DNA of 61,325 bases from an uncultured Hyphomicrobiales bacterium. Lineage in GTDB: Bacteria > Bacteroidota > Ignavibacteria > Kapaibacteriales > UBA2268. Numbering within the stretch: position 1 is the first letter of the stretch; the number at the start of each line of letters is the position of its first letter. A model generated the notes under the pieces. The model was not told the origin of the DNA. It saw only the letters and a list, made by a program, of their open reading frames with translations, and searched no databases. The DNA lies in assembly GCA_964610885.1 (NCBI GenBank), contig CAZSWR010000006.1, positions 1 to 61,325 of the forward strand, in the 5' to 3' direction. Of the stretch, positions 17,662 to 26,008 are shown one piece after another. A program made the translations under genes and the position numbers.

Positions 17662-18828
17662 ATGAGCTTTGACATGAAAAAACTTTTTGTCTTGATTTCT
17701 ATTGCTCTCTTTTCCATTTCCGGTGCGAACGCGCAACCGCATTGGAAGATGCTTACCACTGAGGCAATTCCCACCAGATGCATCGACGTTAAGGACGGCT
17801 CAATCTATGTGGGTGTGGCCGGTTCAAACAACAGTGGCTTCATTCGCACCAGCGACCAGGGAACAAATTGGACGAGTGTTTCGCCCGTATTCGATGAGCA
17901 AAATGTCTATTCAATGGCTCTCGGCAGCCCGGTTCAATATGTCGGAACAGGCAAAGGCTTGTATAGCTCCTTCGATAATGGCGCCTCATGGAACAAAGAA
18001 GTCTTAAGCACAGGAGATTTTTTGGTCTATGAAATCGCCACCCGCGGCAATGAAACTTTCGCCGCTACGCAAATCGGGCTTCAATACCGCCCCAACGACG
18101 AAACCATTTGGAAGCGAATTGGAATATATAGCGCACACTTGGCCTACGTAACCGACGTGAAGATTGCCGGCGATACCGTATTCGCTTGCGATATTTCCTA
18201 TGGAGTGCAATTCTCGACCGATGCCGGATCCACCTGGAAAATGCTGTATTGCAAAAATGCAAAATCATACACCTCGATAAGCTATTCCGATGGGAATCTT
18301 TTCGTCGGGACAGACGCCGGCGCATATTATTGGGACAGAACATCCGATACCCTGTCGCAGATATTCTCCGGGAAAAGCATTTATTCCGTTGCGAGCCTAT
18401 TGGGCAATGTCTTCATCAGTACAAACGATGGAGTTTACCATGCGAAAAATTATGGTCGCGGCTGGTGGGAGTTCTTCGACGCAGATTCTGTGGTGCTAAC
18501 GGCCTACGACCTGAAAGTCAAAGACTACGTCCTCTACGCCGCTTCGTTTTATGGCGCATATTCCACGGACATTGCCTACCTTTCCATTGGCGAAGAGAAT
18601 CCCGAAACAGAAATCTGTATATCGCCCAATCCGGCAACCGACCGGATAAGCATATCGGCTCCGGTAATCGGCAGGGTTTACCAAGTAATCAATGCGATGG
18701 GCGAATCGGTGGCCAAAGCGCAAGCAAGCTCGGCCGAGGCACTGAATATTGACGTTTCCGCTTTGCAATCAGGAGTTTATTTCGTAACCGACGGCTCTGG
18801 GTTCTCCACGAAATTTGTGAAAGAATAA
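17662..18828 (+). CDS. BNR/Asp-box repeat protein with T9SS C-terminal sorting domain (paralogue)
   Basis: Asp-boxes (TSDQGTNW, SFDNGASW, STDAGSTW). C-terminus ISPNPATDRISIS...LQSGVYFVT. A start at 17674 (MKKLFVLISIALFS) is equally possible. Confidence 0.85.
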   Translation: MSFDMKKLFVLISIALFSISGANAQPHWKMLTTEAIPTRCIDVKDGSIYVGVAGSNNSGFIRTSDQGTNWTSVSPVFDEQNVYSMALGSPVQYVGTGKGLYSSFDNGASWNKEVLSTGDFLVYEIATRGNETFAATQIGLQYRPNDETIWKRIGIYSAHLAYVTDVKIAGDTVFACDISYGVQFSTDAGSTWKMLYCKNAKSYTSISYSDGNLFVGTDAGAYYWDRTSDTLSQIFSGKSIYSVASLLGNVFISTNDGVYHAKNYGRGWWEFFDADSVVLTAYDLKVKDYVLYAASFYGAYSTDIAYLSIGEENPETEICISPNPATDRISISAPVIGRVYQVINAMGESVAKAQASSAEALNIDVSALQSGVYFVTDGSGFSTKFVKE

Positions 18829-18881
18829 TTTAATGCGTCTTTAGCGACTATTGCCAAATCGGATATTTTTAGCAAATATTT

Positions 18882-18920
18882 ACCGGTACTGCCCTCCCAT
18901 GCGGCGGTACCGGTTTTTTT
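18882..18920 (+). terminator. Rho-independent terminator
   Basis: ACCGGTAC (18882-18889) pairs with GTACCGGT (18907-18914), followed by a T7 run. Confidence 0.75.
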
Positions 18921-18958
18921 ATATGGGAATGAATATTCAGGCAATTCGCTGATTTAAG

Positions 18959-19346
18959 TGTGTGCGATACAAAGTTGCATTAAAGCACTACCAGAAAATT
19001 CGGGATCTTTATTACCGCGTAGAGGTTGAATTATGGTAGAAGTGTGTTCTTTTTAGAATTTCCAACCTCGTAGAGGTTGAATTTTTTAGATTCTTAATAA
19101 ACTCATACAAGGTATATCGTGTGTTGACTATTAACACTCTATGTAATGATTAACTGCTTGAAACAAGAGGAGATTCCCGCCTACTCGAGGGAATGACAAA
19201 GGTAATGATTCTAAGTTGTAAATGGAATAATTTAATCCCTACGGGATAATATAAGAACCTATGCATACTATTTCTACCAAAGTTTAATCGCTACGCGATA
19301 TTATTAGAAATATTTACAGGAAACAGAGCATTCAACAACCCACACA
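18959..19346 (+). mobile_element. ~390-bp non-coding TIR-bounded mosaic element (family T), copy 1
   Basis: Ends TGTGTGCG... and ...CAACCCACACA. The interior is a string of hairpin modules (ACCGCGTAGAGGT, AACCTCGTAGAGGTT, ATCCCTACGGGAT, ATCGCTACGCGAT). It aligns along its length with the reverse complement of 60292-60698. Confidence 0.75.
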
Positions 19347-19511
19347 ATGCGTTATTGAACCAACTCTATATAGCCACATAGTATCTGCCATCGTACAAAT
19401 CCTCAGAAATATTTTTATATGTCCACTCGATTTAGTATTTTGCTTAAAGTGTTCTGTGCCGCATAAAACTATTTATGTGGCCTTTCTTAACTTTCAAAAT
19501 GGAGATAAATA

Positions 19512-20657
19512 ATGAAATTTAATAACATCCTTATTTCTTGCTTATTTGCATTGCTGGCGATGTCCGCCGCCTCTTGCTCGAAATCGGACGACAACACTGT
19601 AAACAATCCGTCTGACCCCAAAAGGGACAGCCTCTACGCAGGAATTGAAAGATTGGCAGACTCAGTTTTGAAAAATACCCATGTCCCCGGAATGATCGTC
19701 GGCGTTTGGATACCCGGACAAAACATCGAACACGTCATTGCGAAAGGTACGAGCGATATATCGACGAATGCTCCGATGAGCGACAAGATGCTCGTCCGCA
19801 TTGGTAGCATAACGAAGGTATTTGTTACGACGGTTGCGCTTCAGCTGGTCGATGAGGGCAAGCTCTCGTTGGACGACAAGCTTTCGAAGTTCTACCCCGA
19901 CTTCCCAAGCGCCGGAGACATTACAATCAGGATGCTGATGAATATGACCTCCGGGATTAGCAGCTATTCGGATTCGGAAGAGTGGAATAAAGATTTGGAG
20001 TTAGACCCATTGCACGTTTGGACCGCAGCTGAATTTATACCGTATATCATGGATAAACCTTTGCTTTTCACGCCCGGAACCAGTTTCAAATATTCTAATA
20101 CTAATATTGTCATTCTTGGGGAAATTATCAAGACGATTACCGGCCAAACGCCTTCGCAATTCCTCAAAGATAGAATTTTCGATAGATTGGCCATGACATC
20201 GACCGTTTACCCGGAAGGGCCTGCATTCCCCGAAGGCAAAGCCTATGCCCACGGTACAGCCTACGATAAGAACTCTAATAAATTGATCGATATAGCAACA
20301 AAATACGATCCTTCGTTTGCCGGGACTGCCGGGGCTATCATTTCAAGCGTGTATGACGTGCAGAAATTCATCAAGGCTGCCGCAAATGGCGATTTGATTA
20401 GCACGAAGTCCCAGGAAGAAAGACTGAAACTGTTCCTCTTCCCAGGATCGGGCGACGGATATGGCCTCGGTATCTATAGGCTGAAGAACTGGTTTGGCCA
20501 CAATGGCGAGGTTCCGGGCTATGAATCGTCGGCGTATCACAATCCGCAGAACGGCGCCACGATTGTGATTCATTACAACATGGTCGACGAATCCGAAACG
20601 GATGCGCTATTTATCTCAATTAAGAACCTGATTGATAAATATTACGGCGCGAAATAA
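19512..20657 (+). CDS. Serine hydrolase of the beta-lactamase / DD-peptidase (class C-like) family, lipoprotein
   Basis: Lipobox MSAASC. S-x-x-K (SITK) and Y-x-N (YSN) motifs. 381 aa. Confidence 0.85.
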   Translation: MKFNNILISCLFALLAMSAASCSKSDDNTVNNPSDPKRDSLYAGIERLADSVLKNTHVPGMIVGVWIPGQNIEHVIAKGTSDISTNAPMSDKMLVRIGSITKVFVTTVALQLVDEGKLSLDDKLSKFYPDFPSAGDITIRMLMNMTSGISSYSDSEEWNKDLELDPLHVWTAAEFIPYIMDKPLLFTPGTSFKYSNTNIVILGEIIKTITGQTPSQFLKDRIFDRLAMTSTVYPEGPAFPEGKAYAHGTAYDKNSNKLIDIATKYDPSFAGTAGAIISSVYDVQKFIKAAANGDLISTKSQEERLKLFLFPGSGDGYGLGIYRLKNWFGHNGEVPGYESSAYHNPQNGATIVIHYNMVDESETDALFISIKNLIDKYYGAK

Positions 20658-20719
20658 TTCATTAATCGAACAAATTGGATTCGATCAACATATTCTAATC
20701 GGATCAAATTTATACAATT

Positions 20720-20759
20720 CAGCCGATGGCTCTTTTGAACATAGCCATCGGCTGTTTTT
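20720..20759 (+). terminator. Rho-independent terminator
   Basis: 12-bp stem CAGCCGATGGCT / AGCCATCGGCTG followed by TTTTT. Confidence 0.8.
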
Positions 20760-20800
20760 ATTTGTGGCAATACGTTTTCTAAATTTATCAATGGGGTAGG

Positions 20801-21796
20801 TCAGAATTCGAGGTCGTAGCTGACGCCGACCATTGCAGAGAATTGTGTAGTCTTTTTGTTCGATGTTTCCTCCTTGGAGTAAATGCCACGAATCGATGCG
20901 TTTGCCGAAAAGCCACGCCCAAGCTCATAGGATGCGGAAATGCCAAGGTAGGCGTTCGAGAATGCCACTTGCTGCTTTGTTTTGCCTTTCGAACCTTTCG
21001 ATTTGCCTTGTGTGGTTTCGTTGTACGACATCGCAGCCCCGGCCGAAGGCGTCATCCTCAGGTCGTCGGTAATATCGAAAGAATAGCCCAACGAAGCAGA
21101 AAAGTATAGTAGCTTGTTATCGCCAAAGTAATAATCCACATCGATGCCGGCCAGCAGCCCGTTCCAGTAGAAGTCCGAATAGAGAGTGATTTGGTCTTTA
21201 GCGTTTGCAAAAATTGATGTATCACTGGCTGAATAGAATCCGTGCGTGTAGGTTGCGCCCACGCCGAAGTAGTCAGACAATTCATATTCGTAATCGAGAT
21301 AAATCGATGCTGCTTGGAAACGGATTGCCGATCCGATAGATTGATCTATCGAGAATCCGGCCGAGAACCCCGACACGTGGGACAAATCGATGCTCGGACT
21401 AAGGGTCGGGTCGCCCCCGGAAATCGAAGTGCCCTTTGCCATTCTCTGCGAAAACACGTCGGCAGCAACCGACAGAGCAAACGGCAAATCTTCATCATCG
21501 GACGATTCGGCGCCATCGTCCATATCGTCAGCATCATCTGTATCGACTTCTTCGTCGATTTCGGAGTCGTCGTCAACATCTTCCTCTTCGGATTCCTCGA
21601 TCTCTTCTTCCTGTTCTTGGCCATCCAAAGCCGAAATACCAGCAGACAGCAAGTCGGTATTTACCTCGTTGTATACTTCATAGGTTTTGCTTTGCGCTGA
21701 ATATCCAACCAAGGATACAATTGCGAATAATACAAATAAGGTTTGCCGGCGAATCCGGCAAACCTTATAGCGGTATGTTATTCTTTTCCGCAACAT
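20801..21796 (-). CDS. Outer-membrane beta-barrel protein with an N-terminal poly-acidic tract
   Basis: Alternating beta-strand pattern and a C-terminal ...VSYDLEF (aromatic terminus). Residues ~58-103 contain 30 D/E in 46 positions and no K/R (nt 21488-21625). The start is uncertain; a hydrophobic signal-like segment is FVLFAIVSLVGYSAQS. Confidence 0.7.
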   Translation of the reverse strand: MLRKRITYRYKVCRIRRQTLFVLFAIVSLVGYSAQSKTYEVYNEVNTDLLSAGISALDGQEQEEEIEESEEEDVDDDSEIDEEVDTDDADDMDDGAESSDDEDLPFALSVAADVFSQRMAKGTSISGGDPTLSPSIDLSHVSGFSAGFSIDQSIGSAIRFQAASIYLDYEYELSDYFGVGATYTHGFYSASDTSIFANAKDQITLYSDFYWNGLLAGIDVDYYFGDNKLLYFSASLGYSFDITDDLRMTPSAGAAMSYNETTQGKSKGSKGKTKQQVAFSNAYLGISASYELGRGFSANASIRGIYSKEETSNKKTTQFSAMVGVSYDLEF

Positions 21797-22209
21797 TATT
21801 TCTTAACTTCCTTGTTGAGTTTCTTTGCGTGTTTCTTTGCTTTCTTGATGTGTTTTTTCTCTTTTTTCAAATCCTTTTTGTCTTTGCTTACGGCAGCTTT
21901 GTCTGCTTTCACCTTTGCTTTGTTTGCATCGATCTTTGCTTTTGCATCTGCTTTGTTCGCTTTGCCTTCCTTGATGTCCTTGCGGATTTGTTTGTTTTCT
22001 GCTTTGATATCCTTTTTTTCTGCCTTCACCTTTGCCTTGTCTGCTTTGAATTTTTCTTGAGAAGCCTTCATCTTTTCTTTGGTTTCCAACTTCTTTTCCT
22101 TCTCGACTTTCTTAGCTTTGTCAGGAACGGGCGTTGGTTGCTGAGCGTAGGCTGCTGTGGAGAGCAGAAGTGCGAATGCGATCATTGCCGCAAAAATTGA
22201 CTTTTTCAT
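21796..22209 (-). CDS. Secreted lysine-rich low-complexity protein
   Basis: Signal peptide MKKSIFAAMIAFALLLSTAAYAQ. The mature part has ~44 Lys in ~114 residues with KAKVKA(E/D)K-type repeats. The stop overlaps the downstream start (TAATG). Confidence 0.7.
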   Translation of the reverse strand: MKKSIFAAMIAFALLLSTAAYAQQPTPVPDKAKKVEKEKKLETKEKMKASQEKFKADKAKVKAEKKDIKAENKQIRKDIKEGKANKADAKAKIDANKAKVKADKAAVSKDKKDLKKEKKHIKKAKKHAKKLNKEVKK

Positions 22210-22524
22210 AATACCTCCTAATAGTATTAAAGTTGCGAAGCGTTCTGCTTCAAAATATTTTTTTCCCCTTTTTCAATTGCAACATTTCAAAATCTGTTGC
22301 TCAATACAGAAATGATAACGGGGCATGAAAAAAAATGTTTCGCGGTATTTTTAAATTTTTTTATATTATTCTTTCATCAATTTTTCATTTTGCACTTTTT
22401 GGGATATTTATTCTATTTTATTGTATTTATATATATTTTCATCGATTCTGGTATTAATTTAAAATCTAATTTTGATGAATGTAATACTACTTTACCCGTT
22501 TTTTTACCGTTGTTTTTTCTACGG

Positions 22525-22580
22525 TAGATGAAAGTAAAATGAAAATACAGAATTAGATGAAAGGGAAATGAAAAGAACAG
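22525..22580 (+). repeat. Tandem 26/27-bp direct repeat
   Basis: TAGATGAAAGTAAAATGAAAATACAG (22525-22550), then AAT, then TAGATGAAAGGGAAATGAAAAGAACAG (22554-22580). Confidence 0.7.
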
Positions 22581-22764
22581 AGGTGTAAATTGCTATTATG
22601 AAGTAATAATGATATTTTGTTAAATTTTTTTTAACTTTCCTACAACAATTTGACGTCCTTATCGTATTAGTATTTTGTGCTTCGGCACAATTAAGCGAGA
22701 ATAATATTTTCATTAGTGCAAGTTAGATTTATTGTTATTTTAAACTAAATATAAAGGATCGAAA

Positions 22765-23574
22765 ATGGCAACAAACAAAAACGCAATAGTACTCGGATGC
22801 TCCAGTGGATATGGCAAAGCAATCACTTTGGAGCTGGCACGAAAAGGATACAATATATATGGTGCACACTTGGACATGGGCAAGGCCAAACTGGCCGTCG
22901 AGGAATTCCGCCAGTCGTTGGAAGCGATGGGCGTGAAGGCTGTTTTCTTCAATATGAACGCGGCAGACGAAAAGAATCGCGCCAAGATTATCGACGAAAT
23001 CAAGTCTTCGGACAATCCCGGAGTTGACGTATTCATTCACTCCCTGGCCTTCGGCGCGATTGGACCTTTCTTTTCGGAGAATCGCGATGAAGAAATCACT
23101 CCGAAGAAAATGGAAATGACTTTCAACATTATGGCCAGCAGCCTACTGTATTGGTGCCAAGAGCTGTTCCATTCGGGCCTCTTCCGCAAGGGCGCTCGGA
23201 TTTTCGCGCTCTCCAGCAGCGGATCCACTCGCGTCATGGTGAACTACGGCGGAATCTCGGTTGCGAAAGCCGCCCTCGAAGCCTATATCCGGCAAATTGC
23301 CTGGGAACTGGCTCCGCACGACATAACGGCAAACACAATCCTGGCGGGCGTTTGCGACACTCCGGCCGGAAGGAAAATCCCCACTTTCGATGGACTACTC
23401 CGCTACCTGCGCTACCAAAGCCCATTTAAACGCAACACGAAAGCCCCGGACGTCGCCAAAGCAATCGGATTGCTCTGCGAACCGGAATCGTATTGGATCA
23501 CTGGCCAAGTGATTCACGTGGACGGCGGCGAAAACCTCGGCAACCAATACTCTTTCCTCGACAACAAGGAATAA
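22765..23574 (+). CDS. SDR-family enoyl-ACP reductase-like oxidoreductase (FabI/FabL type)
   Basis: Gly-rich N-terminus VLGCSSGYGKA. Y-x6-K catalytic spacing in NYGGISVAKAALEAYIRQIAWEL, as in FabI/FabL. C-terminal ITGQVIHVDGG. Confidence 0.6.
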   Translation: MATNKNAIVLGCSSGYGKAITLELARKGYNIYGAHLDMGKAKLAVEEFRQSLEAMGVKAVFFNMNAADEKNRAKIIDEIKSSDNPGVDVFIHSLAFGAIGPFFSENRDEEITPKKMEMTFNIMASSLLYWCQELFHSGLFRKGARIFALSSSGSTRVMVNYGGISVAKAALEAYIRQIAWELAPHDITANTILAGVCDTPAGRKIPTFDGLLRYLRYQSPFKRNTKAPDVAKAIGLLCEPESYWITGQVIHVDGGENLGNQYSFLDNKE

Positions 23575-23606
23575 ACTGCTGCCGCTTTAAGACAGTCTAA
23601 TTGTAA

Positions 23607-23641
23607 CCAAGCCTTGATAGTGATGTCATTATCAAGGCTTG
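23607..23641 (+). terminator. Stem-loop downstream of the SDR gene (possible terminator; no U-run)
   Basis: 12-bp stem CAAGCCTTGATA / TATCAAGGCTTG. Confidence 0.35.
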
Positions 23642-23771
23642 ATTAATTATATAGTACAGCACTATCGAACTAAGCATGAAAGGAAAAGAATAAACAAGTA
23701 TTTCGTCAGTCATTGGATCAATTGCTCAAGAAGTATGCTTAGAAACCTTCGGAAGGGCTAAAAGAGAGAAA

Positions 23772-23836
23772 GTAGGGGTTCAAAATTTTGAACCCTTACA
23801 AATTATTGAACCATTACAAAACATTGAACCCCTACA
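23772..23836. repeat. Family P palindromic repeat plus half-site tail
   Basis: GTAGGGGTTCAAAATTTTGAACCCTTAC followed by ...TTGAACCATTAC...TTGAACCCCTAC. Confidence 0.8.
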
Positions 23837-23915
23837 ACTTTCAGATTGATTCCGCGCGTGTTTGTTACACAATTAACAGCAGAATCAAACTGTATTAACA
23901 GCCTTAGCGAATCCG

Positions 23916-25139
23916 CTATTTCTTCCTTTGCAAATAAAAGAATGCAGCAGCCGACAACATCGTCGCGCCGGTTTCCATCGCTGCCTCGTCGGGATTGAAC
24001 CGTGAATTGTGCAAAGCGAAATTCTTCTGGGGTTCGGAGTGGCCGGCGCCCAAGAACCAAAAACATGCCGGATACCGCGACGAATAGATCGAGAAATCCT
24101 CTGCCCACATCTTTGCTTCGGCCTCCGATGCCCTTTCGCCTCCGAAAATCTCTTTGGCAAGCCCCAGAACCACGCTGGAGACGTTTTTGTCGTTGATGAG
24201 TGCCGGATACCCGTGCACGATGCGCAAATCGCACTCGAGGCCGTGCATGCGCGAGACACTTTCGGAAATAGTTTTGATCGAGGAGTGCATCTCCTCGCGC
24301 AGCTCCGCGTTGAAAGTGCGCAGTGTGCCTTTCAGCTCGGCCATGTCCGGGATCACGTTTGTCGTGTTGCCCGAATTGAACGAAGTAACGCTAAGCACTG
24401 CCGGCTCTAATGGATTCACTTTCCTCGAAACAAGCGTCTGGAGTGCCAGAACTGTTTCGCTCGCCGTAACGATCGGATCGCGGCCCAAATGCGGTTGCGC
24501 TGCGTGGCAGCCCTTGCCTCGGATCGTCCAATATAGTTCGTCGGTGGCGGCCATGGCCTTCGTCGGCGGTACCAAGATGTCTCCAGACTTCTCCAACGGG
24601 TTTATGTGCTGCGCAAAGACAGCCAAAGGCTCCGGCGAATCCAGTATGCCCGACTCAACAATTATTGAAGCCCCGCCGGGAAGTTTTTCCTCAGCCGGTT
24701 GGAAAATCAGCAACACACTGCCTTCGAGGTCGATTTCTATAGCTTTCAGTATCTCTGCCGCAGCAAGCAGCATTGATGTGTGCATGTCGTGGCCACAGGC
24801 GTGCATGGCGCCACGATTCACCGATGCGTACTCCAATCCGGTTTCCTCCACGATGGGCAGCGCGTCCAAATCGGCTCGGAGGGCCACTCTCGGGCCGCCT
24901 GTACCAATTGTGGCTACAATCCCTGTCTGGCTGACATTCTCGAATGGAATGCCAAGCTCGGCCAAGCGGGCGCGTACGAATGCTGAAGTTTCGACTTCGT
25001 CGTACGACAGTTCGGGATGCGCGTGCATGTGGCGGCGCATTTCAAGCATTTTGGGAAAAAGCCTTTTGGATTCGATGACGAAGTATTTCTGATCTATTTG
25101 CATGTTTTGTCCATGATTTTTGTAAATTTGGTCTAACAC
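23916..25139 (-). CDS. M20D family amidohydrolase (N-acyl-L-amino acid amidohydrolase / hippuricase-like)
   Basis: RRHMHAHPELSYDE...MHACGHDMH...PAEE motifs. 407 aa. Confidence 0.88.
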   Translation of the reverse strand: MLDQIYKNHGQNMQIDQKYFVIESKRLFPKMLEMRRHMHAHPELSYDEVETSAFVRARLAELGIPFENVSQTGIVATIGTGGPRVALRADLDALPIVEETGLEYASVNRGAMHACGHDMHTSMLLAAAEILKAIEIDLEGSVLLIFQPAEEKLPGGASIIVESGILDSPEPLAVFAQHINPLEKSGDILVPPTKAMAATDELYWTIRGKGCHAAQPHLGRDPIVTASETVLALQTLVSRKVNPLEPAVLSVTSFNSGNTTNVIPDMAELKGTLRTFNAELREEMHSSIKTISESVSRMHGLECDLRIVHGYPALINDKNVSSVVLGLAKEIFGGERASEAEAKMWAEDFSIYSSRYPACFWFLGAGHSEPQKNFALHNSRFNPDEAAMETGATMLSAAAFFYLQRKK

Positions 25140-25208
25140 CCCCTAACCCCCAATTTTTAGAGGGGGAATAAGAAGTTATACTTTTATTTCATACTAAATC
25201 TTCTAAGA

Positions 25209-25392
25209 TCGTAGTATGAATCAAAACTTTGTTGACAATGTACATTACTCATTGCTTGCGTTCATGTTACACATTCTTACTACCCTTTGAAATCTTATCT
25301 ACGATTGTTTTTTCTTTCCCCTCCTTGCGAAGCAGGGGACAAAGGGGGGGGTGAGCTACGACTTCCAAACTCGTAGTATGAATCAATACTTT
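25209..25392 (+). repeat. 22-bp direct repeats TCGTAGTATGAATCAA(A/T)ACTTT bracketing a 140-bp spacer
   Basis: Copies at 25209-25230 and 25371-25392 match at 21 of 22 positions. Additional CTACG cores lie inside. Confidence 0.7.
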
Positions 25393-25408
25393 TTTCAATC
25401 ACAACTGC

Positions 25409-25840
25409 TTACAGGCTTTCCATCTTTTCGATGGTTTTTTCTTTCAGGTCTGCAAGAGATTGTTCGCTGAGCATACGGAAAGTTTCCTCGCGGATTTTGC
25501 CCCATGTGTTGTGGACGGGGCAGGGCTTATTGACTGTGCAGCCGGGGAATCCGAGCACGCATTTGCAGAAAACTTCGTCGCCGTCGATGGCGCGGACAAT
25601 GTCTATCAAGCGAAGTTCTTGGGGATTAGCTTTCAGGAAGAATCCACCTAATTTTCCTTTCCTGGAGCCGACAATGCCGCTCGTGGTCAGGTTTTGGAGT
25701 ATCTTGGAGATGAATTCTTTGGGTTGCGAAAGCTTCTCGGAGATTTCCAGCGCGCTCAGGAATTTGCCATCCGACTGGGCCGAAAGGTAGAGCACTGCTT
25801 GCAGTCCGAGTTCGCAACGTTTAGAAAAGATAACAGTCAT
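25409..25840 (-). CDS. Rrf2 family transcriptional regulator (IscR/NsrR-like, three-Cys cluster site)
   Basis: N-terminal winged HTH (RCELGLQAVLYLS...LSALEISEKL..PKEFISKILQNL). Cys residues in CKCVLGFPGCTVNKPC. Confidence 0.85.
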   Translation of the reverse strand: MTVIFSKRCELGLQAVLYLSAQSDGKFLSALEISEKLSQPKEFISKILQNLTTSGIVGSRKGKLGGFFLKANPQELRLIDIVRAIDGDEVFCKCVLGFPGCTVNKPCPVHNTWGKIREETFRMLSEQSLADLKEKTIEKMESL

Positions 25841-25900
25841 TTATTAATTAGTATAGCATTTAACAAATTCAACAAATGTAAACTAAGAAATATTTCGACA

Positions 25901-25936
25901 AAAATCAAAAAACCGGCTAAAGCTAACCGGTTTTTC
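25901..25936 (-). terminator. Rho-independent terminator of dnaA
   Basis: The minus-strand RNA forms AACCGG-loop-CCGGUU followed by UUUUGAUUUUUG. Confidence 0.65.
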
Positions 25937-26008
25937 ATTTTGATTGGAATACGAAATTCCATGAACGCATGTGGAGATTGAGAACAATAGTCAATAAACC
26001 ATCATCTA

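Noticed and set aside
19011-19305. Possible degenerate CRISPR array, because ~30-nt hairpin units (..CCGCGTAG.GGTTGAATTATGGTAGAA) recur.
   Set aside because: Unit spacing is irregular (~50 bp centre to centre and then ~170 bp). Half of the units are in the opposite orientation. The block is itself a TIR-bounded repeat present twice. No cas genes are in the window.
21436-22200. 254-aa plus-strand ORF, and other ORFs antisense to the acidic/lysine-rich genes.
   Set aside because: They are mirror-image ORFs created by low-complexity GAA/AAG-rich coding sequence on the minus strand. The translations are Phe/Leu/Cys-rich nonsense.
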